A stretch of DNA of 64,000 nucleotides from Yoonia sp. (GTDB lineage Bacteria > Pseudomonadota > Alphaproteobacteria > Rhodobacterales > Rhodobacteraceae): contig NZ_JANQTS010000009.1 of the NCBI RefSeq assembly GCF_030731595.1, positions 7 through 64,006 of the forward strand, given 5' to 3'. Below the pieces are notes generated by a model, which saw only the letters and a list, made by a program, of their open reading frames with translations, searched no databases and was not told the origin of the DNA. This document shows positions 1 through 9,038 of this stretch, piece by piece. Each line of letters begins with the position of its first letter. Within the stretch, counting starts at the first letter, position 1. The position numbers and the translations under genes are program-made.

Positions 1-116
1 TCTTCGATCCCGCGATACATTTCCTGATTATGCACCCCCGGAATGCCGAAAATCACATCGACCCCGCGGTCTTTGAGCATATGCGAGATTTGTGCGCCAA
101 GGGGTCGCGTCGTCAT
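1..116 (-). CDS. Thiamine-pyrophosphate-binding enzyme (acetolactate synthase-like), N-terminus only, runs off the window start
   Basis: Not in the ORF track. Manual translation from ATG at 116: MTTRPLGAQISHMLKDRGVDVIFGIPGVHNQEMYRGIE, with the FGIPGxH N-terminal motif of TPP enzymes. Starts right after the trkH stop. Confidence 0.85.
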   Translation of the reverse strand, partial: MTTRPLGAQISHMLKDRGVDVIFGIPGVHNQEMYRGIE

Positions 117-117
117 C

Positions 118-1566
118 TTAAGGTCTCCAGAATTTGATCGTCAGGATAGTCAGGACGACCATGATCTCGAGCCGTCCGACGAACATGGCAATCGCCAAAA
201 TCCACTTGGCCGTGTCGTTGATATTGGCATAATTGCCCGCCGGTCCGATCTCGAGTCCGAGGCCCGGGCCGATATTGGCAAGGGCCGCCGCAGCACCCGA
301 AATCGAGGTGATGAAATCAAGGCCCGTCAGACCCAGCAGAACCGTCGTGATGCCCAAGGACAGGATAAAGGCCACAAGAAAGGCGATGACCGAGTTCAGG
401 ACATCTTCGCTGATGGGCCGCCCGTCATAGCGGGGTGTAAAGACGCCATGAGGCGAATGAATCTGGCGGATCTGGCTTTTGATGGCCGCAAAGACCAACT
501 GGTAGCGAAAGACCTTCACCGAACAGGACGTCGATCCGGCGCAGCCACCGATCAGGCCGATCAGGAAGAACATGACAACCGGAAATGTCCCCCAAGACAT
601 ATAATCCGCACTGGAGTATCCCGTGCCCGAAATGATGGACGTCACGTTAAAGAGTGCTTCGCGGAAAGCGACCTCTGACATCACACCCTCACGGCCCCAC
701 ACCCATGATGTAATCAAAAGGACGGTGATCGCGACGATCCAGAGGAAGGCGTGGATTTGCGTGTCACGCCACAGCGGTTGCGCTGTCCCCGCCAAAAGCT
801 GCACATACCGCACGAAAGGCAATGCAGCCAGCAACATGAAAAATGCGCCGACATAATGCGCGCCCGCCCCATAGATGCCAAAAGAGGCATCATAGTTGGC
901 CATGCCCCCCGTCGAGACTGTCGTCATCGCGTGGACCAAAGCGTCAAACGGCAGCATGCCAGTTACGGAATAGGCGAGCGCACAGCTGACCGTCAGTATA
1001 AGGTAAATCACTGAAATGCGGCTTGCGATCTGGCCTGCACGTGGCAGGATTTTTCCCATTGTATCAAAGGCTTCAGTGCGGAAAATCTGCATGCCCCCGA
1101 CCCGCAATTCGGGCAGAAAGACCATCGCTACCACGACGATACCGACCCCGCCCAGCCATTGCAGGATGCCGCGCCACAGCTTGAGCCCGTCAGGCAGGTC
1201 CTCGATACCGGTAAAGACTGTGGCACCTGTTGTGGTCAGACCTGACATCGCTTCGAAGAATGCGTTGGTGAAACTGGCTTGCGTCGCCCCCAGGATAAAG
1301 GGGATCGCGCCGAACAGAGGCAAGGTCAGCCAGACCAGTGACGTCAGCAAAAAGGTCTGCCGCAGCGAAAGCCGTTGCGTCACACCATTGGCGCAGGCCA
1401 AAGCAATCAATCCTCCGGTCAGGACTGTGATCACGGCGCTTTCAAAGAAAACAAACCAGTGATCGTCTCCTGCCAGCAGGTCAACCAAGAGCGGGCCGAT
1501 CATGGTTAACCCAAGCGACGCCACAAGCAGACCGATCACATATCCCACAGGGCGTAAATCTAGCAT
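118..1566 (-). CDS. trkH: TrkH family potassium uptake membrane protein
   Basis: 482 aa, multi-TM, four pore-loop motifs (TTTGAT, STGGMA, SGTGY, ANIGPG) and GGCAGSTSC. Confidence 0.93.
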   Translation of the reverse strand: MLDLRPVGYVIGLLVASLGLTMIGPLLVDLLAGDDHWFVFFESAVITVLTGGLIALACANGVTQRLSLRQTFLLTSLVWLTLPLFGAIPFILGATQASFTNAFFEAMSGLTTTGATVFTGIEDLPDGLKLWRGILQWLGGVGIVVVAMVFLPELRVGGMQIFRTEAFDTMGKILPRAGQIASRISVIYLILTVSCALAYSVTGMLPFDALVHAMTTVSTGGMANYDASFGIYGAGAHYVGAFFMLLAALPFVRYVQLLAGTAQPLWRDTQIHAFLWIVAITVLLITSWVWGREGVMSEVAFREALFNVTSIISGTGYSSADYMSWGTFPVVMFFLIGLIGGCAGSTSCSVKVFRYQLVFAAIKSQIRQIHSPHGVFTPRYDGRPISEDVLNSVIAFLVAFILSLGITTVLLGLTGLDFITSISGAAAALANIGPGLGLEIGPAGNYANINDTAKWILAIAMFVGRLEIMVVLTILTIKFWRP

Positions 1567-1662
1567 GTGGCAGCGTTGTCCCGCCCGCTCGCTGGTGTCA
1601 AGAACGGGCGACGTAAAACCGCGCGGGAGTCGTTAAACAATGACAAAGGCCAGACGGATTGC

Positions 1663-2478
1663 ATGATGAAAAACATTGTCCTGATTTCTCTTCTGTTATT
1701 GCTGATTGCCAGCATGGCCCCCGCACAAACCCGTCAAGAGTTCAGCTATGGCCCTGACCCGCGCCAGCGGCTGGATGTCTATCGGCCGCAGAATGTCGTC
1801 GATGCCCCCATTCTTGTGATGCTGCATGGCGGTGGCTGGCGCGGGGGTGATAAACGGTATGCAGGCGTTTGGCGGGCCAAAGTCGCAAACTGGGTGCCGC
1901 AAGGATATGTTTTCGTCGCGGTTAATACGCGCCTTTTGCCTCAGGCGGGCCCGATTGACCAAGCCGTTGATTTTGCGGCCGCGCTTGCTTTCATCCAGCA
2001 AAACGCCGCACGCTTTGGGGCAAATTCAAATGATATGGTCGTGATGGGCCATTCAGCAGGCGCGCATGTGGCAGGCTTGGTGGCCACCCGCAACGATATC
2101 AGAATGGCGGCAGGCCTGCGCCCATGGGCTGGCACAGTATTGCTTGATACTGCTGCACTGAATGTTCCCGCGCTGATGCGCGGCAACCCACCTGCGCTTT
2201 ATCAAAATGCGTTCGGCGACGATCCTGCCTATTGGCAAGCGGCCTCTCCTGACCTGCATCTCAGTGCGGATGATGGCCCGTTCTTGCTTGTCTGCTCCAG
2301 CACGCGCCGCAGCGCCTGCCCTGCCGCACAAAGCTTTGAGCGCATCGCCAGTCGCTTCGCCGTGGCTGCGACCCTGCTGCCGCAAGACCGCTCTCACCGG
2401 CAAATCAACATCGCGTTGGGCGAAGACAATGCCTACACCGCTATGGTCGAAAACTGGATGACGTCAGCCTTGCGCTGA
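1663..2478 (+). CDS. Exported alpha/beta hydrolase (esterase/lipase family)
   Basis: Signal-peptide-like start MMKNIVLISLLLLLIASMAPA, HGGGW oxyanion motif, GHSAG nucleophile elbow. Start moved from 1567 to ATG 1663. Confidence 0.85.
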   Translation: MMKNIVLISLLLLLIASMAPAQTRQEFSYGPDPRQRLDVYRPQNVVDAPILVMLHGGGWRGGDKRYAGVWRAKVANWVPQGYVFVAVNTRLLPQAGPIDQAVDFAAALAFIQQNAARFGANSNDMVVMGHSAGAHVAGLVATRNDIRMAAGLRPWAGTVLLDTAALNVPALMRGNPPALYQNAFGDDPAYWQAASPDLHLSADDGPFLLVCSSTRRSACPAAQSFERIASRFAVAATLLPQDRSHRQINIALGEDNAYTAMVENWMTSALR

Positions 2479-2514
2479 CTTGAAACAGACGCGCTGCGCA
2501 TTAGCTGGCCTGCC

Positions 2515-3678
2515 ATGTTTGAACCGTCCTACACACATGCCCTTGCGCGCCTGAATGCCTTTGTGCCCAAGGCCGGACAAACCTATGCCGCCAAGCGCAA
2601 CTATGATGATATCGGCAATGTCTCTGGCCTGTCCCCCTACATCCGGCACCGGATTATCACAGAAGAAGACGTCTTGCGGGCCTGCCTTGCCCGCCACAGC
2701 CCAAGTGCGGCCGAGAAATTCATCCAAGAGGTCTATTGGCGCACCTATTGGAAAGGCTGGCTGGAACAGCGCCCCGCCGTCTGGACGGCTTATCAGGCCG
2801 AATTGCGCGGCGCGCTGAACCGCGTGCAGACCGAAAGTGGTTTGCGCCAGGCATGGGAGGCCGCCTGCAAGGGCGAGACGGGCATTGATGGCTTTGACCA
2901 CTGGGCCCGCGAACTTGTGCAGACAGGCTATCTGCACAACCACGCGCGGATGTGGTTTGCCTCGATCTGGATTTTCACCCTGCGTCTACCTTGGACCTTG
3001 GGGGCCGATTTTTTCTTGCGGCATTTGCTGGATGGTGATCCTGCGTCCAATACGCTGTCATGGCGCTGGGTCGGCGGGCTGCAAACGGTGGGCAAGACCT
3101 ATCTGGCGCGCGCAGACAATATCGCCAAATATACCGAAGGCCGCTTTGCGCCCAAAGGACTTGCCAGCTTTGCGGCCCCCCTTGAAGGGTTGCCACACCC
3201 TGCCCTGTCTCCTTTGCCCCGCACGGGTGTCATTGATCCCAACCAGCGCACCGGACTGCTGATCACCGAAGAGGACCTGTCGCCGGGGTGGCTGCTTGAT
3301 CAGGTTTCCCCTGTCGCCACGGCTGTGGTGCAAACCACCGCCGCGCGCAGCCCTTTGGTCGTGGGTGAAAAGGTCACGGCCTTCGTGGGTGAGAGTTTGC
3401 AAAATTGCGCCACACGCTTTGCAGCGCGCCTTGGCCCTGTGACGGTTTGCGCGGCCGAAGGGCTGGAGGCATGGATGGCGGAACATGCGCTAGATCAGGT
3501 TGTCACCGCCTATCTGCCTGTCGGCCCAACCGCAGATGCCTTGGGCAAAGTTCCATTGGTGCGGGTGATCAGGCCCTATGATGCTGCGGCTTGGCCTCAT
3601 GCAACGCATGGGTTTTTCCGGTTCAAGGAAAAGATCCCCGCATTGATCGGCCAGTTGAACGGTCTGCGCGTGGCGTGA
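2515..3678 (+). CDS. Short DNA photolyase with N-terminal FAD-binding domain (NewPHL-type architecture)
   Basis: 387 aa. FAD-domain motifs SGLSPY, FIQEVYWRTYW, GYLHNHARMWFAS and LLDGDPASNTLSWRW all lie in the N-terminal half, with no N-terminal antenna domain. Confidence 0.85.
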   Translation: MFEPSYTHALARLNAFVPKAGQTYAAKRNYDDIGNVSGLSPYIRHRIITEEDVLRACLARHSPSAAEKFIQEVYWRTYWKGWLEQRPAVWTAYQAELRGALNRVQTESGLRQAWEAACKGETGIDGFDHWARELVQTGYLHNHARMWFASIWIFTLRLPWTLGADFFLRHLLDGDPASNTLSWRWVGGLQTVGKTYLARADNIAKYTEGRFAPKGLASFAAPLEGLPHPALSPLPRTGVIDPNQRTGLLITEEDLSPGWLLDQVSPVATAVVQTTAARSPLVVGEKVTAFVGESLQNCATRFAARLGPVTVCAAEGLEAWMAEHALDQVVTAYLPVGPTADALGKVPLVRVIRPYDAAAWPHATHGFFRFKEKIPALIGQLNGLRVA

Positions 3679-3688
3679 CGCCTGTGGC

Positions 3689-4375
3689 TTAGGACAGCCA
3701 CGCCTTGTAGTCGCTGACCAACAGATGGGTCGGTGCCACATCCTCTTCGATCGTTGAAAACCGCCCTATCGGTTCGCGAAAGATGTTGTCAGTCTCGTCA
3801 TCGTTCACGGTAGAGACTTCGCCAATCAGCACATCGCCGCCTTCGCCCCAAAAGGCGTGCCAGTCGCCGGGCATCAGCGTGACGCTTTCACCGGGGGCCA
3901 GATGCAGTTTCTGACCGGGGGCGTAGTCGACGCGGATCCCGTCGCAAAACACGGTGCCGCCCTTGTTTTCATCAAACTGCCCCTGATCGTCAGAGCCGAA
4001 AAGCTCGATCACCAAAGTCGCTCCGCCACGATTGATGATATCTTCGGCCTTGATCACATGGGTATGCATCGGCGAAAGCTGATCCTGCTTTGAAATCAAC
4101 AGCTTTTCGGCATAGCACATGCCACCACCGCGTTGCAGATCGGCCAGACGGCCATTGCGCAGGGTGAAAAGAAACAGGCCCATCTGGTCATAGCGTCCGG
4201 CCCCATAGTCGGTAATGTCCCAGCCGCAGCGGGCATCGATCACGGCTTGTGCTTGTAGCGCGCGGGCCTGGAAATCTTGGGGCGTCCAATAGGCAAACGG
4301 GGGCAGCACGAACCCAAAGGAACGGATCATCGCGTCTGCTTCCGCCATGATATCGTTGATGCGGGATCGTTTCAT
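3689..4375 (-). CDS. D-lyxose/D-mannose ketol-isomerase family (cupin)
   Basis: MKRSRINDIM start; YAEKLLI, SPMHTHVIKAEDIINRGG, PGDWHAFW and GEVSTVNDD motifs. Confidence 0.85.
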   Translation of the reverse strand: MKRSRINDIMAEADAMIRSFGFVLPPFAYWTPQDFQARALQAQAVIDARCGWDITDYGAGRYDQMGLFLFTLRNGRLADLQRGGGMCYAEKLLISKQDQLSPMHTHVIKAEDIINRGGATLVIELFGSDDQGQFDENKGGTVFCDGIRVDYAPGQKLHLAPGESVTLMPGDWHAFWGEGGDVLIGEVSTVNDDETDNIFREPIGRFSTIEEDVAPTHLLVSDYKAWLS

Positions 4376-4437
4376 TGCACACCTCGGTCTTTGCTTGGCG
4401 CGATCCTTTCGCAAATGAACCGCTTCGGCAAGGCAGG

Positions 4438-4962
4438 TTAAGCAAGCCAGTCATCCAGCGTCTTTTTCAGCGCCGCCCAATCGGTGTATTCCTTGTCGGT
4501 CTGCGGATCGACCTCTTGGTCCTTTTGCGCCGCGATCCAGCGCATCGCCCATGATTTGAAGAAATCATATTCGGAAAACCGGAATGCGCCTGCCACATGC
4601 ATGACCGTGGGCGGTGTCCACCCCGTCTTGTCCGCAAAGCGGTTCACGCATTCCGTCAGACCTGTCCAGTCGTCAACATCCGTGCCAGCGGCGGCCAACG
4701 AAACAGACATGAATGCAGACCGGACATGGGCAAGTGCTGCCGATTTTTTCCTGGCGAGCCGGACCAACTCCTTTTGATATTTGCCGGCATGAACTGACCC
4801 CGCCAGCAATACTGCGTCAAATCTGGCCAGTTCGGCATCAAGCCCATCTTCGGCGCTCACCAGTTCAACGGTGTGGTTCTTGCCGTTGAGGTAGTCTGCG
4901 CAATAGCGGGCAATCTTGCGCGTTTGCCCTTCGGTCGAGGCGTAAGCGATCAGAATATTCAT
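4438..4962 (-). CDS. Flavodoxin-domain protein, HemG-like (menaquinone-dependent protoporphyrinogen IX oxidase family)
   Basis: 174 aa; YASTEGQTRKIA FMN-binding loop, AGSVHAGKY, C-terminal EYTDW; AAGGAG RBS. Confidence 0.75.
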   Translation of the reverse strand: MNILIAYASTEGQTRKIARYCADYLNGKNHTVELVSAEDGLDAELARFDAVLLAGSVHAGKYQKELVRLARKKSAALAHVRSAFMSVSLAAAGTDVDDWTGLTECVNRFADKTGWTPPTVMHVAGAFRFSEYDFFKSWAMRWIAAQKDQEVDPQTDKEYTDWAALKKTLDDWLA

Positions 4963-5015
4963 CGGGATTCTCCTTGCTGCTTTCGGCAGAATACCAAAGA
5001 GAACAAAGCGCCGGA

Positions 5016-5029
5016 TTGATTCAAATCAG
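5016..5029. promoter_or_regulatory. FNR/FnrL-type box upstream of the hemG-like gene
   Basis: TTGAT-TCAA-ATCAG matches TTGAT-N4-ATCAA at 9/10 positions, about 60 bp upstream of the ATG at 4962. Confidence 0.6.
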
Positions 5030-5044
5030 GCGTGGGGCCGCCTG

Positions 5045-5812
5045 TCAGCCCGCCTTGCGTAACCCGCGGGCAGACCACGTGCGGCAGGCTTCACCAAAGG
5101 CTTCGAACAATGGGCGCGAGACCGGATCATTGTCGGCGTTCCATTCGGGGTGCCACTGCACGGAAAGGGTAAAGCCGGGGGCATCAGCGACATAGATTGC
5201 CTCTGGCGTGCCATCAGGGGCGTGGCCGTCGATGACAATGCGGGGCCCGGGAGTTTTGATCCCCTGCCCGTGCAGCGTGTTCGTCATCACCTTGTGTGAT
5301 CCGAAGACGCGGTGGAACGGCCCACCTTCGGTCAGTGTCACCTCGTGGCGCAGCGCGAATTTTTCTTCCAGCGTACCATCGGGCGGCATCCGGTGATTGT
5401 CACGCCCCGGCAAGTCGCGGATTTCGGGGTAAAGCGTGCCACCCATCGCGACATTCAATTCCTGAAATCCAAGGCAGACGCCCATGATGGGTTGGCCGCG
5501 TGCAACACAGGCGCGGATCAACGGCAGCGTTGTGCGGTCGCGGTTGCGATCGAACGTGCCGTGCGCCTCGGTCGGTTCCTCACCGTATTCTTCGGGGTGG
5601 ACGTTGGGCCGCCCGCCGGGAAAGAAGAAACCGTCACAGGTGGCCATCAGTTGATCAATGCAGGTGCTATTGGGATCGACGGGAACAATCAGGGGCAGGA
5701 CTTGCGACACGGTCGCCAGTGCCCAGACGTTCATCGCGCCCGCTGCGTGGACCGCGTATTGGTCATTGATCAGATGGTTGTTCGAGACGATGCCAACAAC
5801 GGGCCGGGACAT
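5045..5812 (-). CDS. Gamma-glutamyl-gamma-aminobutyrate hydrolase family (peptidase C26, PuuD-like)
   Basis: Class I glutamine amidotransferase motifs PGGRPNVHP, GVCLGFQE and VQWHPE. Confidence 0.88.
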   Translation of the reverse strand: MSRPVVGIVSNNHLINDQYAVHAAGAMNVWALATVSQVLPLIVPVDPNSTCIDQLMATCDGFFFPGGRPNVHPEEYGEEPTEAHGTFDRNRDRTTLPLIRACVARGQPIMGVCLGFQELNVAMGGTLYPEIRDLPGRDNHRMPPDGTLEEKFALRHEVTLTEGGPFHRVFGSHKVMTNTLHGQGIKTPGPRIVIDGHAPDGTPEAIYVADAPGFTLSVQWHPEWNADNDPVSRPLFEAFGEACRTWSARGLRKAG

Positions 5813-5983
5813 GATGAATCCTTTCGCAATCGCCTTTTTTCTAGCTGGAAAAATTCGAAAGTGAAAGGCAGTGCAAGCGCACAGTGATATGGGCCGTAGC
5901 GCACAGGCTCAGGGATTGGGCACGGCGGCTATGTTTTGGGCAGTTTGATCTGTTCTCAGTCAGCTTGGCGATCAGCAGATCGC

Positions 5984-6009
5984 AAAACGCCGCTTCGCAG
6001 GAAGCGGCG
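5984..6009 (-). terminator. Intrinsic terminator of glcB-glcG
   Basis: CGCCGCTTC-GCAG-GAAGCGGCG stem-loop, followed by TTTT on the minus strand. Confidence 0.7.
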
Positions 6010-6039
6010 CTTGGGTCGTTTGAATAGCTCGGGTTGGCG

Positions 6040-6468
6040 TCAGGCTTCGCCCACCAGACCGGCGGCCTCGATCCCGGCCATGGCCGCGACGACGTCGTTG
6101 TCAGAGGTATCGCCAGTCACACCGACAGCACCGATCACCGCACCACGTTTATCGCGCACCAGGACACCACCCGGAACAGGCACAACCTGCCCGCCATAGA
6201 CCCCGTTCACCGCTGCCATGAAATAGGCTTGGCTTTCGGCCCGCGCCATCTGCGCAGTCCCTGCCATCCCCAGCATCACCGACCCATAAGCCTTGCCATG
6301 CGCAATCCCGAACCGACCCGGTGCAGCACCATCTTCACGCTCGAAGGCTTTGACGTGACCGCCAGAATCGAGCACGACGACCGAAAGAGGTTTGAGCCCC
6401 ATCTCGTGGCCTTTGGCCAATGCCTTGCGAATAATCGTCCGTGCCTTGCCTGCTGAAATCTCGGCCAT
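6040..6468 (-). CDS. glcG: GlcG/HbpS family heme-binding protein
   Basis: 142 aa; VVVLDSGG, AHGKAYGS, PGGVL and GAVGVTGD motifs; directly downstream of malate synthase G. Confidence 0.85.
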   Translation of the reverse strand: MAEISAGKARTIIRKALAKGHEMGLKPLSVVVLDSGGHVKAFEREDGAAPGRFGIAHGKAYGSVMLGMAGTAQMARAESQAYFMAAVNGVYGGQVVPVPGGVLVRDKRGAVIGAVGVTGDTSDNDVVAAMAGIEAAGLVGEA

Positions 6469-6487
6469 AGTCTCAACTCCCTCTGTC

Positions 6488-8635
6488 TTAGTGGTTGCGC
6501 TGTGCTTTTAGCTCCAGCCGGCGCTGATGCAAGATTGGCTCGGTATATCCGGACGGCTGGATGCGGCCTTTGAAGACCAGATCACAGGCCGCCTGAAAGG
6601 CAATACCGTCAAATTCTGGCGCCATAGGCCGATAGGCCGGATCGCCCGCATTCTGTGCATCCACGACAGCGGCCATCTTGTGCATGGCGTCCATGACCAT
6701 CTCTTGGCTGACAACATCATGGTGCAGCCAGTTGGCCAAAGCCTGACTCGAAATCCGGCAGGTGGCGCGGTCTTCCATCAGGCCCACATCATTGATGTCG
6801 GGCACTTTGGAACAGCCCACTCCCTGATCGATCCAGCGCACAACATAGCCAAGGATACCTTGGGCGTTGTTCTCGACCTCTTTGATCTTTTGAGCGTCTG
6901 TCCAGCGCTGGTACTGCGCCAACGGGATATCCAAAATCGAGGATACATAGGCACGGCGTCCGCCTTTGAGCAGCTTGGCCTGCACCGCCATCACGTCGAC
7001 CTTGTGATAGTGCAGCGCATGCAGCGTGGCCGCCGTCGGGCTTGGCACCCAGGCACAATTGGCACCGGCCTGCGGGTGCGCGATCTTTTGTTCCAGCATC
7101 GCCGCCATCATGTCGGGCATCGCCCACATGCCTTTGCCGATCTGGGCCTTGCCGGAGAAACCGCACTCGAGCCCGATATCGACATTCTGATCTTCATAAG
7201 CGCCAATCCATTGTTTGCGCTTGATAAAGTCCTTGCGGCTGAAAGGGCCCGCCTCCATCGAGGTGTGGATTTCATCGCCGGTACGATCGAGGAAACCAGT
7301 GTTGATGAAAGCCACCCGCGATTTGGCCGCGCGGATACATTCCTTGAGGTTTACAGTTGTGCGCCGCTCTTCGTCCATGATCCCGATCTTGACGGTGTTG
7401 CGGGGCAAGCCCAGTGCATCCTCGACCATGGCAAAGATATCGCTGGTCAGGGCCACTTCTTCGGGGCCGTGCATCTTGGGTTTGACCACATAGACCGACC
7501 CGTGGGCAGAGTTGCCGCCTTCTTGCTTGAGATCATGCATCGCGATCAGCACGGTGATCATCGCGTCCATCAGGCCTTCGAAAACTTCATCGCCATTGGA
7601 ATCGAGAATCGCAGGATTGGTCATCAAGTGGCCCACGTTGCGAATCCACAAGAGCGCGCGGCCTTTGAGGGTCAGCGTGCCGCCATCCGGCGCGGTGTAG
7701 GTAAGGTCTGGCGCCAGACGGCGGGTCATGGTCTTGCCGCCTTTCTGGAATTCGGCGGTCAGGTCACCTTTCATCAGGCCCAGCCAGTTTGCGTAAGCCG
7801 CGACCTTGTCCTCGGCATCCACGCAAGCCACGCTGTCTTCGCAGTCCATGATCGCCGAGACAGCGCTTTCAAGACGCACATCGGCGAGCAAGGCCTGATC
7901 GCGGCTCCCGATGGGGTGGGCGCGGTCGAAAACCAGTTCAACATGCAGCCCGTTGTTGACCAGCAAGATCGCATCGGGTGCTTTGGGGTTGCCGCGATAG
8001 CCCGCAAATTTCGCAGGCTCGCGCAAGGGGTTGTCGTCGATCAGCAGCGCGCCATTCTGCACATGGTAACGCGATACATCCGCATGGCTGGTGCCGACAA
8101 TCGGGAAAGCTTCGTCAAGGAAGACGCGGGCGCGGGCCACAACACGCGCACCGTGGCCACGATCATAGGGGCCTTTGGGTGGCTGCACACCCATCGCATC
8201 AGTCCCATAAAAAGCGTCATAGAGGCTGCCCCAACGGGCGTTTGCCGCATTCAGCGCAAAACGGGCATTCGTGATCGGCACAACAAGCTGGGGGCCGGGG
8301 ACAGTCGCGATCTCGGGGTCGACATTGGCGGTGTCGATGCTGAAATCCTCGCCCTCTTCGACCAGATAGCCGATCTCGTGCAGGAAGGCTTCGTATTCGG
8401 TCCGGTCAAGTTGCTGGCCGCGCCGCTTGACGTGCCATGCATCGATAATTCCTTGCAGATCTTCACGTTTTTGCAGCATCGCGCGGTTGCGCGGGGTCAT
8501 TTCAGCAACAAGTGCGGCAAAGCTTTTCCAGAAGGTTTCACTGTCGATACCTGTGCCGTCCAAGGCGCGGGCATCGATGAAATCTGCCAATTCACTGGCG
8601 ACCTGCAAGCCATGCTTTTCAGTGCGATTTGTCAT
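6488..8635 (-). CDS. glcB: Malate synthase G
   Basis: [42 protein letters not shown] and [12 protein letters not shown] motifs; GGGAG RBS before ATG 8635. Confidence 0.97.
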   Translation of the reverse strand: MTNRTEKHGLQVASELADFIDARALDGTGIDSETFWKSFAALVAEMTPRNRAMLQKREDLQGIIDAWHVKRRGQQLDRTEYEAFLHEIGYLVEEGEDFSIDTANVDPEIATVPGPQLVVPITNARFALNAANARWGSLYDAFYGTDAMGVQPPKGPYDRGHGARVVARARVFLDEAFPIVGTSHADVSRYHVQNGALLIDDNPLREPAKFAGYRGNPKAPDAILLVNNGLHVELVFDRAHPIGSRDQALLADVRLESAVSAIMDCEDSVACVDAEDKVAAYANWLGLMKGDLTAEFQKGGKTMTRRLAPDLTYTAPDGGTLTLKGRALLWIRNVGHLMTNPAILDSNGDEVFEGLMDAMITVLIAMHDLKQEGGNSAHGSVYVVKPKMHGPEEVALTSDIFAMVEDALGLPRNTVKIGIMDEERRTTVNLKECIRAAKSRVAFINTGFLDRTGDEIHTSMEAGPFSRKDFIKRKQWIGAYEDQNVDIGLECGFSGKAQIGKGMWAMPDMMAAMLEQKIAHPQAGANCAWVPSPTAATLHALHYHKVDVMAVQAKLLKGGRRAYVSSILDIPLAQYQRWTDAQKIKEVENNAQGILGYVVRWIDQGVGCSKVPDINDVGLMEDRATCRISSQALANWLHHDVVSQEMVMDAMHKMAAVVDAQNAGDPAYRPMAPEFDGIAFQAACDLVFKGRIQPSGYTEPILHQRRLELKAQRNH

Positions 8636-8750
8636 GACAACTCCCAATCCTGCGTGTCCGGTATGCTATGGCACACGGCGGTGCCGTTTCCACGAACTAG
8701 TCCAGAAGTTTCCGATAGGCAACAAGCCGGGACCGGTTTTTTGCGGGTGT

Positions 8751-8897
8751 TTACGTCTGCCGACCTGCCTTGCAGCGGTCCGAGCAATAGCGGACCTGAT
8801 CCCAGACCTTGGCCCATTTCTTGCGCCAAGCAAAAGGCCGGCCACAGGTGGCGCAGGTTTTCTGGGGCAGATCGGATTTACGGCGCATTTTGGGCAT
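8751..8897 (-). CDS. DUF2256 family small Cys-rich protein (48 aa)
   Basis: Hidden at the end of a spurious longer ORF: [42 protein letters not shown] (CxxC...CSxxC). Confidence 0.85.
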   Translation of the reverse strand: MPKMRRKSDLPQKTCATCGRPFAWRKKWAKVWDQVRYCSDRCKAGRQT

Positions 8898-8917
8898 GTC
8901 ATTCCATCTAATCCACT

Positions 8918-8964
8918 GGCAAAGATTTTCAAAAACCTTGCCGCAAAATCTGTTTCGGATTTTG
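8918..8964. repeat. Paired REP-like palindromes in the DUF2256/pepN divergent spacer
   Basis: Imperfect GGCAAAGATTTT-C-AAAAACCTTGCC, followed by perfect CAAAATC-N7-GATTTTG. Confidence 0.4.
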
Positions 8965-9038
8965 TCCGCCCCACCGAAAGGCGGTGGCCATCTTCGCGCC
9001 ACCGACCTACCTTTGCACCAACCACAAAGGATTGTCCG

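Noticed and set aside
6527-8911. 794-aa + strand ORF
   Set aside because: Antisense shadow of glcB, typical of high-GC codon bias; no recognisable motifs.
8427-9038. 204-aa N-terminal extension of pepN in the ORF track
   Set aside because: Overlaps glcB and DUF2256 on the other strand; a good RBS and the PepN N-terminus begin at 9039.
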